Below, in pieces: positions 36,642-46,919 of a stretch of 64,000 bases of DNA (within the stretch, counting starts at the first letter, position 1; each line of letters starts with the position of its first letter). Made by a program: the position numbers and the translations under genes. Origin of the DNA: Patescibacteria group bacterium (GTDB lineage Bacteria; Patescibacteriota; Patescibacteriia; 2-01-FULL-39-33); contig JBAZRV010000005.1 in assembly GCA_041662745.1 (NCBI GenBank), positions 6,605 to 70,604 on the forward strand, in the 5' to 3' direction. The notes under the pieces are model-generated. The model made no database searches and had not been told where the DNA came from. It saw nothing but the letters and a program-made list of their open reading frames with translations.

Positions 36642-37502
36642 TTATTTTTGGCAACCGGGGCAGAAATGCGTGCCGCGGCCGCCCAACCTAATCTTATGAA
36701 CCGTTCCGCCGCAACGCCGGCATTTCTTCCCGGCTCGCCCGTAAACTTTCAAAAACTTCATCATGCCACCCTCTGCGCCGGAAGTCGTCACGTAAGTATC
36801 GGCAGAAGTGCCCTTTTTACTAATGGATAATTTGAGGATGCGGGGTATGGCCTTAAATAAATCCTTGATTTCTTTTTCCGTCAATTTGTTGGCCGGACGA
36901 GTCGGCAACACCTTAGCCGCAAAACACACTTCATCAGCATAAATATTGCCTATGCCGGCAATAAGCGCCTGATCCATCAGCAATTGTTTGATTTTGCGAT
37001 TAGGATAACGTTTTAGTTTTTCCTTAAAAGCCGAGAAAGTAAAATCCTTAGACAACGGTTCCAGTCCATACTTGCCTGTTTCACTTTCATACAATTTTTT
37101 GTCAGCAAACTTAATCCAGCCGAAGCGACGGATATCATTAAAAAACAAATGGCTTTTATCGGTGAACTCAAACATCGCCCGGGTAAACTTGGTAGGCAAT
37201 TCGCCCCGAAAAGCAATGGGATGACCGCCGGCCAAACCCTTGCCGCGACGATCGCGAAACACCAGTTGTCCGGTCATCTTAAGATGGATCAGCAGATGCT
37301 TATCGCCGCTAAGATTGATGATGATCATTTTGGCGCGGCGAGCCACGCCTAAAATTTTCTTGCCTTTAACCGACTGAACAAATTTTTTGTTCATCGGCCG
37401 GACCGACTTGTATTTAAACACTTGGACGCTTTTAATCGTCTTGCGTTTTATCTTCTCATTCAGTTCGCTGACAATGGTTTGCACCTCGGGCAATTCGGGC
37501 AT
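36642..37502 (-). CDS. mutM: formamidopyrimidine-DNA glycosylase Fpg/MutM
   Basis: N-terminal MPELPEV, H2TH region, C-terminal zinc finger (CRRCGG...FCPGCQ). Confidence 0.9.
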   Translation of the reverse strand: MPELPEVQTIVSELNEKIKRKTIKSVQVFKYKSVRPMNKKFVQSVKGKKILGVARRAKMIIINLSGDKHLLIHLKMTGQLVFRDRRGKGLAGGHPIAFRGELPTKFTRAMFEFTDKSHLFFNDIRRFGWIKFADKKLYESETGKYGLEPLSKDFTFSAFKEKLKRYPNRKIKQLLMDQALIAGIGNIYADEVCFAAKVLPTRPANKLTEKEIKDLFKAIPRILKLSISKKGTSADTYVTTSGAEGGMMKFLKVYGRAGKKCRRCGGTVHKIRLGGRGTHFCPGCQK

Positions 37503-37592
37503 AAAATTATTTTATATCGTCAGTTTAACATTTTTCAACTAAAAACAAAAGTCGCTTGCTACTGTGGAAGCGACTGTATTGTACGATTATTT

Positions 37593-38069
37593 CTAACTCA
37601 GCAACCTGCGTTGCCAGACTTCCTGAAGGCACTCCGCCTCATCCGGCACCAAGTCGGAACGCTTCAAGGCATCTGCTACCGGCAGCCAACGCCACTCCGT
37701 ATGTTCGCGTTGATTAAGCAGTGGAAGCGGAGATTCCTGATCCTTGGGCCATTCGGCAGAAAACGTAAAATACAAAAAATCATAATCCGGATACCGGACG
37801 AAACGCGGTCCCAAGCAATACATCCGACTGCTTATGTCCGCTGGAAGAACTATGCCGGTCTCTTCTGCCAATTCCCGATTAAGCGCTTGAATAATGCTTT
37901 CACCGGAATCCATCTTGCCGCCGGGCACGCACCACAAACCTCCATAAGGTTTAAGGGGGTGGCGTTTAAGCATCAAGACAAGCTTGCCATAAAACAAATA
38001 ACAACCGACGACTGCGAACTTGGGCTTGAAATTGAAAAGATCTTCCAAGGACTTAATAATCATGGACAC
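37593..38069 (-). CDS. NUDIX hydrolase
   Basis: Nudix box (GGKMDSGESIIQALNRELAEETGI). Confidence 0.8.
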   Translation of the reverse strand: MSMIIKSLEDLFNFKPKFAVVGCYLFYGKLVLMLKRHPLKPYGGLWCVPGGKMDSGESIIQALNRELAEETGIVLPADISSRMYCLGPRFVRYPDYDFLYFTFSAEWPKDQESPLPLLNQREHTEWRWLPVADALKRSDLVPDEAECLQEVWQRRLLS

Positions 38070-38281
38070 TCTCCTTCTTGCCTTATTGCTATATTTAAAA
38101 TCCTATTAGTTTTAATACCTTAATCAAATCTCGGCCGGATGTCAACAAAATTAAGCTATAATTGCAATTACATTTTATTTATTGACAAAAGTCTTACGGC
38201 ATGCTATAATACTATGAATAGTTTAATACCAAATGCAGAATATGGCAGAATTAGCTGAAAAATGAACAAAAGGAGAAAGCG

Positions 38282-38782
38282 ATGCTCTTTAAAATCGACC
38301 AGTGGCTATTAGGACTCTTTGAACGCAACAGTAATGCCCTAACCCGATTAACGGGGAAAAATAATTACTTCTGGGCGCGGGTCGTGCTATTTTTATCGAC
38401 CGTAATGGTCTTTTTCGCTGTCAATAACAGCGACTACGAGAAATTCTCGTTAATTTTTATTGTATCTTTTTCCGCATCAATAATTGAGATTTATTGGCTA
38501 GAGCGGATAGCCTTGAGTAAGATTTCACCGAATATTGCCAACCCCCTAAAGATCGGCGACTTTGCCTGCTTAAGGATTGTGGCCGGATTGTTATTACTAT
38601 TGACGCTGTTTATGGCTCTAGTGGAGATGTCGTCAACTAACCGTTTGGATGACCCGATACTAACCTGCGGTCTTTGGCTGTTTCTATGCTCTCTGTGGGT
38701 TTTTCTCTACCTCGTTTCCTGCGACTGCGACGCCGCAGTAAGCGCCATTTCCCCCGAATCCGAACAAACGGAAAGGAAATAA
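38282..38782 (+). CDS. hypothetical membrane protein
   Basis: Four predicted TM helices; no known domain. Confidence 0.4.
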   Translation: MLFKIDQWLLGLFERNSNALTRLTGKNNYFWARVVLFLSTVMVFFAVNNSDYEKFSLIFIVSFSASIIEIYWLERIALSKISPNIANPLKIGDFACLRIVAGLLLLLTLFMALVEMSSTNRLDDPILTCGLWLFLCSLWVFLYLVSCDCDAAVSAISPESEQTERK

Positions 38783-38796
38783 CAGTTATGAAAAAT

Positions 38797-39045
38797 CGGC
38801 TGGTAATTTGGCTGGGTGTGTGGATCGCGTTCATGGTCTTGTTGTTTACAATCATGAAATTGGATCTTTGGTCCAATCCTTGGCTCTACGAGATAGTAGA
38901 TCAATGGAAGTGGTATAATTTTATTACTTCGCACCACGGCCTAACAGCGCTTTATATCCAGCACAATTCAGTCTGGCTGGTAGTGTTCCCTGCATCAACA
39001 CTGCTATTCTCGGGACTGGCAATACTGGATTGCCAGAGAAAATAA
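38797..39045 (+). CDS. small hypothetical membrane protein (start chosen at internal Met with RBS)
   Basis: ggaaagga RBS before ATG 38797. Two TM helices. Followed by a hairpin and T-run near 39066-39100. Confidence 0.35.
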   Translation, partial: RLVIWLGVWIAFMVLLFTIMKLDLWSNPWLYEIVDQWKWYNFITSHHGLTALYIQHNSVWLVVFPASTLLFSGLAILDCQRK

Positions 39046-39172
39046 ACGCACAAACAAACAAACAACCGCCCGGCTTAAGGCCGTGGCGGTTTTCATTTTC
39101 CATACAATTTCTTCGTTACTGGGACATCCCAATCAGACTTTTTAAAATTTTTGAAAAAATATTGTATCCGCA

Positions 39173-41914
39173 TTATTTACCGTGGCAGTCCTTATACTTC
39201 TTTGGCTTGCCATCCGGATAGGTTGCGCCGCAAGGACAAGGATCATTACGGCCGATTTTATCGCCGTTATAATGCGCGCTGTCTTTTAGTATTTTATCAA
39301 CTTGGCGTTCGGTCAATCCGGAATCTGATTCCATGGGCGACTTCAAAGACGATTGATCGCTGGCGCCCTTAAGCTGAATATTTTTCGGTTTATTTCCCGC
39401 CTGGTCCATTTCTTCCGGCGACACAAAACCGATTTTATAAATACTGTAAGCCAGCTGATGATCAATCATTGCCACCAGCTCCTTAAACATGCGCAGGGAT
39501 TCTTTTTTGTATTCCACTAACGGATCGCGTTGGCCATAGCCGCGCAAACCGATGCCGGTGCGCAGGTACTGCATCGTATCCAAGTGTTCAATCCATAAAG
39601 TGTCAATGACGCGCAGAAACATGCCGCGTTCCACTTGGCGCATGGCCGGCAACCGGCCTTCATCCGTCGGCAACATGTTTATCTTAGCCTCCAATTCATT
39701 ATATTCTTCCACGGCGAGCTTTTTCAGATAACCGGAAATCATTTCGCGCGACATCTGATCTTCCTGATTATTCCCCGCCTCTTGCCTTAATTCTTCCAAA
39801 GTCTTGCGCGCTTCCGGCTTAATCCGGAAAATCAAACTGACTGCCTCATAAATTTCTTCCAGTTTCCACTGGCTTTCGTCATTATCCTGAGTCGCCAGCA
39901 TTACGGCTGCATCAACCTCTTTTTCAATGGCGCCAAGGGCCGACTCCTTGGTTCCTTCACCGGCCAAAATCTGCCGGCGTTTGCGATAAATCGTTTCGCG
40001 CTGTTTATTCATGACATCGTCATATTCCACTAAATGCTTGCGTATATCAAAATTGTGAGTTTCCACTTTTTTCTGCGCCTGTTCAATAGACTTGCTGATC
40101 ATGCCGTTTTCAATCGGCATATCATCCGGTACGCCCAAAGTCGTCATCATTTTCTTCATTCGTTCCGACCCGAAAATACGCATCAAATCGTCGTCCATGG
40201 AAATAAAAAACAACGATGAGCCGGGATCACCTTGGCGTCCGGCGCGGCCGCGCAACTGATTATCAATACGGCGGGACTCATGGCGCTCCGTACCGATCAC
40301 GCATAAGCCTCCGGCGGCAACCACCTTTTCATACTCTTCTTGATTAAACGGATAACCGCCCAAAATAATATCCACGCCGCGGCCGGCCATATTGGTGGCA
40401 ATGGTCACGGCGCCGACTCGGCCGGCCTGCGCGATAATATGCGCTTCCTTTTCATGATGTTTGGCATTCAAAATTTGGCACGGGATGCCGGCGCGATCAA
40501 ACAATTCGGACAGCAGTTCGTTCTTTTCAATGGAGACGGTGCCGATTAAAACCGGTTGGCCGTTTTTGTACCTAACCCTGACTTCCTCAATCAAAGCGTT
40601 GTACTTGCCCTGCTCGTTTTTATAAATGCGATCATTCAAATCCTTCCTGACCATCGGCCGATTAGTCGGTATGGTGGTAACTTCTAAACTGTAAATCTTG
40701 GAAAATTCTTCGGCTTCAGTGGCGGCCGTACCGGTCATACCGGATAACTTGGCATACAAACGGAAATAATTCTGAAAGGAAATCGTGGCCAGCGTAACGC
40801 TTTCCTTTTGAACCTTAACGCCTTCCTTGGCTTCAATAGCTTGATGCAAACCTTCGCTGTAACGACGGCCGAACATCATGCGGCCGGTAAATTCATCAAT
40901 AATAATGATCTCGCCATCCTTAACCACGTAGTCCTTATCGCGTTTGAACAACGCCTGGGCTTTCAAGGCCTGTTCAATATGATGGACATCGGCAATGCCG
41001 CGGTCAGTATAAATATTTTCCACGCCCAGCGCCTTCTCCACTTTAGCGATGCCCGCCTCGGTCAAGGTGGCGGCGCGTTGTTTCTCATCAATAGTGTAAT
41101 CATCAGTCTCCGCCAGCGTCTTAACGATTTGCGAAAATTGGAAATACTTGTCTGTCGATTCCATATCCGGCGCGGAGATAATCAACGGCGTTCTGGCTTC
41201 ATCAATCAAAATGGAATCAACCTCATCCACGATAGCATAAAACAAATCGCGTTGAACCATGTCTTCCGCCCGCGTCACCATGTTATCGCGCAAGTAATCA
41301 AAACCGAATTCATTATTTGTGCCGTACAGAATATCGCAAGCATAAGCCTCGCGGCGAGTGCAAGGAATCAGATTCTGCACGTCCAAAACCGGATCGCCTT
41401 CTTGGCGCTGATGTTGCTTATCAAATTTATAAGAGGTGTTCTGTTGCTGGATGCAACTGACCGAGAGTCCCAAAAAATCATAAATCTGCCCCATCCAATC
41501 GGCGTGAATGCGCGCCAAATAATCGTTAACGGTAACCAAGTGCGCGCCCCGGCCGGCTAAAGCGTTCAAATACATCGGCGCAGTGGCAGTCAAAGTTTTG
41601 CCTTCACCGGTCCGCATTTCCGCGATATGCCCCTGATGGAGGGCAATGCCGCCCATCAATTGAACGTCAAAATGCCGCTGGCCGATGACGCGTTTGGCCG
41701 CTTCGCGAATAGTGGCGAACGCTTCAGGCAGAATATCGTCCAAAGTTTTATCCTTAGCCAGTTCGGCTTTCAGTTTGGCGGTCTGGGCCTTTAAATCCTC
41801 ATCGGATAAGGCCGAGATCTTCGGCTCAAAAGCGTTGATGGCATCAATTGTTTGTTGGAATCCGGCTAATACTTTTTTATTGGGATCGCCGAATATTTTG
41901 GTAAAAAATGACAT
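39173..41914 (-). CDS. secA: preprotein translocase ATPase SecA
   Basis: Full-length 913-aa match with DEAD-motor motifs and the C-terminal zinc-binding tail (CPCGATYPDGKPKKYKDCHGK). Confidence 0.95.
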   Translation of the reverse strand: MSFFTKIFGDPNKKVLAGFQQTIDAINAFEPKISALSDEDLKAQTAKLKAELAKDKTLDDILPEAFATIREAAKRVIGQRHFDVQLMGGIALHQGHIAEMRTGEGKTLTATAPMYLNALAGRGAHLVTVNDYLARIHADWMGQIYDFLGLSVSCIQQQNTSYKFDKQHQRQEGDPVLDVQNLIPCTRREAYACDILYGTNNEFGFDYLRDNMVTRAEDMVQRDLFYAIVDEVDSILIDEARTPLIISAPDMESTDKYFQFSQIVKTLAETDDYTIDEKQRAATLTEAGIAKVEKALGVENIYTDRGIADVHHIEQALKAQALFKRDKDYVVKDGEIIIIDEFTGRMMFGRRYSEGLHQAIEAKEGVKVQKESVTLATISFQNYFRLYAKLSGMTGTAATEAEEFSKIYSLEVTTIPTNRPMVRKDLNDRIYKNEQGKYNALIEEVRVRYKNGQPVLIGTVSIEKNELLSELFDRAGIPCQILNAKHHEKEAHIIAQAGRVGAVTIATNMAGRGVDIILGGYPFNQEEYEKVVAAGGLCVIGTERHESRRIDNQLRGRAGRQGDPGSSLFFISMDDDLMRIFGSERMKKMMTTLGVPDDMPIENGMISKSIEQAQKKVETHNFDIRKHLVEYDDVMNKQRETIYRKRRQILAGEGTKESALGAIEKEVDAAVMLATQDNDESQWKLEEIYEAVSLIFRIKPEARKTLEELRQEAGNNQEDQMSREMISGYLKKLAVEEYNELEAKINMLPTDEGRLPAMRQVERGMFLRVIDTLWIEHLDTMQYLRTGIGLRGYGQRDPLVEYKKESLRMFKELVAMIDHQLAYSIYKIGFVSPEEMDQAGNKPKNIQLKGASDQSSLKSPMESDSGLTERQVDKILKDSAHYNGDKIGRNDPCPCGATYPDGKPKKYKDCHGK

Positions 41915-42018
41915 AAGTTATAGTTTAAATCAAGATTGGATTAGTTTACAGTATTTTATGGTTTTTGGCAATCCGCCATCAATCAGCCGGCGGATCAAAC
42001 CAATCCTGCAATATTCAG

Positions 42019-42321
42019 CTAATCACGCAGGGTTTCTTTGTATTTCATGATTTCCACTTTCATTTTATCCTTGGCTTCATTAATTGATTTGTATAAATCA
42101 TCAGACTCGGCCTCGGCGCGAATGACTTTCTTCGGCACCTCCAAATTTACCTCGGCCCGAAAAATGTCGCCTTTATGGTGATGCTCGGTGGTTTTGGCCA
42201 CTTCCACCTCGCAACCGATAATATTATCAAAATATTTGGACAAGCCGCCGATTTTTTCATTAATTGCCGCTTCAATGCCCGGCGTAAGTTCGATTTTGGT
42301 TCCCTTGATTGAGATGTTCAT
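42019..42321 (-). CDS. hpf: ribosome hibernation promoting factor (HPF/RaiA family)
   Basis: Typical start (MNISIKGTKIELTPGIEAAINEKIGGLSKYF) and size (100 aa). Confidence 0.8.
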   Translation of the reverse strand: MNISIKGTKIELTPGIEAAINEKIGGLSKYFDNIIGCEVEVAKTTEHHHKGDIFRAEVNLEVPKKVIRAEAESDDLYKSINEAKDKMKVEIMKYKETLRD

Positions 42322-42491
42322 AAATTATAATTTAGATAATAACAATATCCTGTTATTCCTGAAAATTTGCAGCGAGCCTTAGCGGGCTAAAATTTATCAG
42401 GAAACCAGGTTAATTAATAATTATAAAATAACAAAATAAATATAACTGCCACACCTGGATTCCTGCTTTCGCAGGAATGACAAAACAAAAA

Positions 42492-43460
42492 TTAAAATCC
42501 CAAATATTGGACTTCCTCCATTAATTGCAAGCTGAATTTGCTTCTGACCTTCTGCTTGATTGCTGATGCTAACATTAGCACATCGCTGGCCGTCGCGCCA
42601 CCGGCATTGATGATTATTCCGGCGTGCCGGTCGCTGACTTTGGCGCCGCCGATCTGCCGGCCGCGCAAACCGCATTCATCAATCAGCCAGGCGGCGGGAA
42701 TTTTCTGCCAAGCGATGAATTGTTCGGGGATTTCCGGCTGCCGGCTTTTAAGTTCCGCGGTCTCTGCCGACGTTAACGCGATATTGCGAAAAAAACTGCC
42801 GGCGGACGGCCCCTCGCTGAATTTAACGCCGCGCTCCGCCGTAATCTTTGCTATTTTTTCTTTGGCCGCGGCAATTTCTTCCGGCGTACCAATTTTCAAT
42901 TTCAAGGCAACCGACAAAATAATATCCTTATTGCCGTCTTTTTTAAACCGACTCTTGCGATAGCCGAAATCGCAAGCGCTGCTCGGTAATTCAATAACGG
43001 CATTTTGCTTCAAAATTTTTACGCTGGACACGTTTTGAGACATCTCTCCGCCGTAAGCGCCGGCATTGCCGCAAACGGCTCCGCCAATCGTCCCGGGTAT
43101 GCCCATGGCCCACTCCAAACCAATTAACCCGGCTTTCAATGATTGCGCCAGCGTCAAAGCCAAGGAAGCGCCGGCATCAACAATCAACTGATCGCCGTTG
43201 ATTTTTATTTCGCCACCGTTTATTTTTATCACCAGACCATCAAAACCGTCATCGCTGGCCAAAATATTACTGCCTCCGCCCAGCACCGCATAATCAATGC
43301 TCTCCGCTTGCGCTTCAGCAATCAGTTGTTTTATTTCCTCGGCGTCTTTGGCCAAAGCTAAAAACCTGGCCGGACCGCCGATCCGCAAGGTGGTATGATT
43401 AGCCAATGACTCATTTTCCTTGAACCTTTTACCGAGATTTTTTCTGGCTTGCTCTAACAT
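42492..43460 (-). CDS. murB: UDP-N-acetylenolpyruvoylglucosamine reductase MurB
   Basis: FAD-binding N-terminus (NHTTLRIGGPARF), conserved (LGGGSNIL), C-terminal MurB domain. Confidence 0.9.
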   Translation of the reverse strand: MLEQARKNLGKRFKENESLANHTTLRIGGPARFLALAKDAEEIKQLIAEAQAESIDYAVLGGGSNILASDDGFDGLVIKINGGEIKINGDQLIVDAGASLALTLAQSLKAGLIGLEWAMGIPGTIGGAVCGNAGAYGGEMSQNVSSVKILKQNAVIELPSSACDFGYRKSRFKKDGNKDIILSVALKLKIGTPEEIAAAKEKIAKITAERGVKFSEGPSAGSFFRNIALTSAETAELKSRQPEIPEQFIAWQKIPAAWLIDECGLRGRQIGGAKVSDRHAGIIINAGGATASDVLMLASAIKQKVRSKFSLQLMEEVQYLGF

Positions 43461-43685
43461 AATATTTGCTTAATTCTAAAGCTTTCTTTTGCGCCGCAAA
43501 ACCGGGTGTCTTTTTAACCCTTTTCCGCTTGCGCGGCTGTTCGGCTTTTTGTTGAATTTTATATAAATCTACCGGCATATTGACAAGGCTGATTAGCTGT
43601 GATATGTTAATAAATCAATTAAGTTCTTTTAACAACCAGATGTTTTAGTAAATCAATATTCAACCAAGAAAGAAAGGGAAAGGCA

Positions 43686-43904
43686 ATGAAATACTGGTTT
43701 GTTTCTTACGCTATATTCCGGGAACATTTTGACCAAGACTTCAATAACACATTTCTGGCATCTGAAAAAGAATACTTTCCAATAGTTGAAGCAACAAGGG
43801 AAATCGGTAACTCTCATAATGGCGGCATACGTAATAACAGCACGCGGATAGTTATTTTGTTTTTTCAGGAAATATCTGAAGAAAGCTTTAAGGAGGGATT
43901 ATAA
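43686..43904 (+). CDS. small hypothetical protein
   Basis: RBS aaagggaaagg before the ATG. Its stop overlaps the next gene's start. Confidence 0.3.
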   Translation: MKYWFVSYAIFREHFDQDFNNTFLASEKEYFPIVEATREIGNSHNGGIRNNSTRIVILFFQEISEESFKEGL

Positions 43905-44354
43905 ATGTCTAAACCAGTACAATTTCCTGATGGTTCAAAAGAACCTAAAACGACAAAGAAGCAAGCGATGACTGAATACAAGTGCCCCTTAACGGCCGAG
44001 CAATATGAAGCAGCCATGAAGCCCTTTCCCTACGAGTCACTCCAGCGGTTAACAGAGTTAGTGCTTAATCTGCGCGCCGCAATGAGAGAATCGGGCGATC
44101 TAATGACTACCCTTATGGCAGTCTTGTGGGGCAGCAACTCCGCATACGAAGAACATAAAACCCTCTCCGCTCCCCGACTGCCGGAAATTGTCGCAGAAAT
44201 CCGTTCCCTGCTTTGGCTGGAAGTTAACCATAGCGCTCCTCCGACAAATAAAAGCGAGATCAAGAATAAGATTCAATTCCTTTATGAATATCTGGAACAT
44301 CCCGAACGATTTTCTTTTGCATGTAACGTCGCAATCGGCAGGAAACCTTCCTGA
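43905..44354 (+). CDS. hypothetical protein
   Basis: Strong RBS aaggaggg before the ATG; no known domain. Inserted between murB and murC. Confidence 0.45.
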   Translation: MSKPVQFPDGSKEPKTTKKQAMTEYKCPLTAEQYEAAMKPFPYESLQRLTELVLNLRAAMRESGDLMTTLMAVLWGSNSAYEEHKTLSAPRLPEIVAEIRSLLWLEVNHSAPPTNKSEIKNKIQFLYEYLEHPERFSFACNVAIGRKPS

Positions 44355-44403
44355 TTTATGATTTTAAAAGTTCTTTACCAACACCGGCAATTCGTCGGTG
44401 TTT

Positions 44404-45849
44404 TCATTTCACTAAATTTTTCGCCAATTCATAAACATCACCGGCACCCAATATCAGAATCACATCAAAATCATCAGCTAACATTCTTATCAATTTTTCA
44501 CTCTCCGCCAGCGAACCGCCATAGAGCGTCCTAACTCCCTGAGCTGCAATCGCTTCAGCCAGTATCTTGGAGTCAACAGCAAAATCCTCGGGCTTCTCCC
44601 GGCCGGCGACATAAAAGATATCGGGAATGATCACCTGCTCCGCCGAGCCGAAGGCCGTCACAAACTTATTGAACAAATTTTTTGTTCGGGAGTATTGATG
44701 CGGTTGAAACACGATCAAGATCTTTTTACCCGGATAGAATTCCTTAGTCGCGCTGATAACTTGAGCGACGGCATCAGGCGTATGGGCGTAATCGGCAATG
44801 ACTTCGGCTTGGCCCAGTCGGCCGAGCCGTTCAAAACGACGCCAGGTGCCGGTAAAGCCGGCCAAAGACTGTCGAATAATTTCGACATCAATTCCCAAGG
44901 TACGGCAAACGGCAATAGCGCATAGGGCGTTATAGACATTATAACGGCCGGGCAGAAGCAAAGAGAATTGACCTAAACTCCGGCCTCGTTCAGTAACGGA
45001 AAAAGTTTGCCTGTTTTTGTCATCCTGAGGCAGAGCCGAAGGATCTAAAGTTAAAACTTGAGATTCTTCACTACGTCCGTCAGTCAGCGGACTTCCGTTC
45101 AGAATGACAGCTTTATAGTCAGCTTCTCCGGTAATGCCGAAAGTTACTTTGTTCGCCTTAAGCTTCGGCGCGAGTTCCATTGAATTGGGATCGTCGGCAT
45201 TAAGCACCGCATACCCTTCCGCCGGCACATGCGACAAATAATTGCCAAAGGCCGATTTGATTTCGGCCAAATCTTTATAATAATCTAAGTGGTCCTCACC
45301 GATGTAGGTGACGGCGGCAATCTGCGGGTAATAATTATCAAAAGCTCGGCGATACTCGTCGCTCTCAAAAACAAAATATTCGCCCCGGCCGGATCGGGCG
45401 TTACCGGACAAAAAATCAGCTTTAGCGCCCAAAACCACGCTTGGATCCTTATCCGCATCAATTAGAATCTTGGCGATCATGGCCGTAGTGGTAGTCTTGC
45501 CATTAGTGCCGGACACGCTGATGCCGAATTTATCAGCCAGCAATAATTGCAAAAACTGCGGGTAGGTCATCTGCTCTATGCCCAATTCCTTTACGCGCAT
45601 CCGCTCCGGGTTAGCCTCCGGCGCGGCCACGGTATAGACCGCCAGATCAGCGTCAGTCGGCACGTTTTCCGCCCGTTGAGGCACTTTGACATCCAGACCC
45701 AGCGACCGCAAATCATCAACCACTTCACTGATCTGCGCATCACTGCCGGAAACGATTATCCCCCGATCCCGCGCCAAGCGAGCTGTGGCCGAAATGCCGA
45801 TGCCGCCGATGCCGATAAAATGGATTTTTTTTATTTCCAGTAAATTCAT
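44404..45849 (-). CDS. murC: UDP-N-acetylmuramate--L-alanine ligase MurC
   Basis: N-terminal Rossmann motif (IHFIGIGGIGISA), Mur ligase P-loop (GTNGKTTTT), full length. Confidence 0.9.
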   Translation of the reverse strand: MNLLEIKKIHFIGIGGIGISATARLARDRGIIVSGSDAQISEVVDDLRSLGLDVKVPQRAENVPTDADLAVYTVAAPEANPERMRVKELGIEQMTYPQFLQLLLADKFGISVSGTNGKTTTTAMIAKILIDADKDPSVVLGAKADFLSGNARSGRGEYFVFESDEYRRAFDNYYPQIAAVTYIGEDHLDYYKDLAEIKSAFGNYLSHVPAEGYAVLNADDPNSMELAPKLKANKVTFGITGEADYKAVILNGSPLTDGRSEESQVLTLDPSALPQDDKNRQTFSVTERGRSLGQFSLLLPGRYNVYNALCAIAVCRTLGIDVEIIRQSLAGFTGTWRRFERLGRLGQAEVIADYAHTPDAVAQVISATKEFYPGKKILIVFQPHQYSRTKNLFNKFVTAFGSAEQVIIPDIFYVAGREKPEDFAVDSKILAEAIAAQGVRTLYGGSLAESEKLIRMLADDFDVILILGAGDVYELAKNLVK

Positions 45850-46919
45850 TTTTTCTTTTTAATTAATTGCAAAATAATATCCGCCACTGCTCCAGCGCCG
45901 TTTTGCGGCATCATTTTTCTAATATTCTTTGACAGCTTATCAAGTTTGTCGTCGCTTTTGATCAATTCGCTAATAACGTCGGCCAACATCTTTTTATTCA
46001 ACGAGACTTCGGATAAAACCACGGCGGCGTTATGCTTCTGGAAATAATTGGCGTTGTCCTCTTGGTGCGTCCGATACATCGGAATAATGATTGACGGTTT
46101 GCCACAGTAAGATAACTCCGACAAAGTGGACAGTCCGGCACGCGTTACCACCAAATCGGCTACGCACAAGGCCTCGGGCATCTCATGGGTTATGAATTCA
46201 AATTGGCGGTAATTATCAGCGGAAAAATTTATCTTTTTGCCCTTGCCGGTAACATGAATCACTTGGATGAATTTCATCAGGTCAGGCAGAGCTTGATCCA
46301 GTATTTTATTGACCGTGGCCGCGCCCGTACCGCCTCCGGTAAAAAACACTATTGGCACGTCCTTCTTCAGACCGAATAATTCACGGCTTTTCTCCTTATC
46401 GCAATGGCTGAATTCTTCCCGAATGGGATTGCCGGTTAGAGTTGCTCGGCCGCGCTTGAAATCGCGCAGAGAAATATCAAAGGATACGGTGATTTTTCTG
46501 GCCACCGGCGACATTAAACGATTGGCCAAGCCGACTTCAATATCTTGCTGATGGATTAGGATGGGAATGCGCAACAGCCCTGCCGCCCAAGCTAAAGGCA
46601 CACCAACATAAGCGCCGGCCACCATCACTAACTGTGGACGAAAAGCAAGCAAGATTTTCAGGGATTGCAAAAATCCCCAGATAATTTTAAACGGATCAAT
46701 AAAGTTCTGCCAAGAAAAATAACGGCGGAACTTTCCTGAAGTAACGGCTAAGAAGGGTATCTTATAGCTTTCCACCGCTGATCGTTCCGGACCGTTAGCG
46801 GTGCCGACAAACAAAAACTCCGCTTCGGACTGACGTTTTTTGATTTCCTGATAAACGGCGATAAGCGGACTGACCGAACCCATGGTACCGCCGCCGGATA
46901 ATAATATTTTATATTTCAT
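45846..46919 (-). CDS. murG: UDP-N-acetylglucosamine--N-acetylmuramyl-(pentapeptide) pyrophosphoryl-undecaprenol N-acetylglucosamine transferase MurG
   Basis: GT28 N-terminus (LLSGGGTMGSVSPLIAV). Overlaps the murC start by 4 bp. Confidence 0.9.
   Translation of the reverse strand: MKYKILLSGGGTMGSVSPLIAVYQEIKKRQSEAEFLFVGTANGPERSAVESYKIPFLAVTSGKFRRYFSWQNFIDPFKIIWGFLQSLKILLAFRPQLVMVAGAYVGVPLAWAAGLLRIPILIHQQDIEVGLANRLMSPVARKITVSFDISLRDFKRGRATLTGNPIREEFSHCDKEKSRELFGLKKDVPIVFFTGGGTGAATVNKILDQALPDLMKFIQVIHVTGKGKKINFSADNYRQFEFITHEMPEALCVADLVVTRAGLSTLSELSYCGKPSIIIPMYRTHQEDNANYFQKHNAAVVLSEVSLNKKMLADVISELIKSDDKLDKLSKNIRKMMPQNGAGAVADIILQLIKKKK

Noticed and set aside
40808-41560. 250-aa ORF antisense to secA
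   Set aside because: It is embedded in secA, whose 913-aa product is unambiguous. No independent support.
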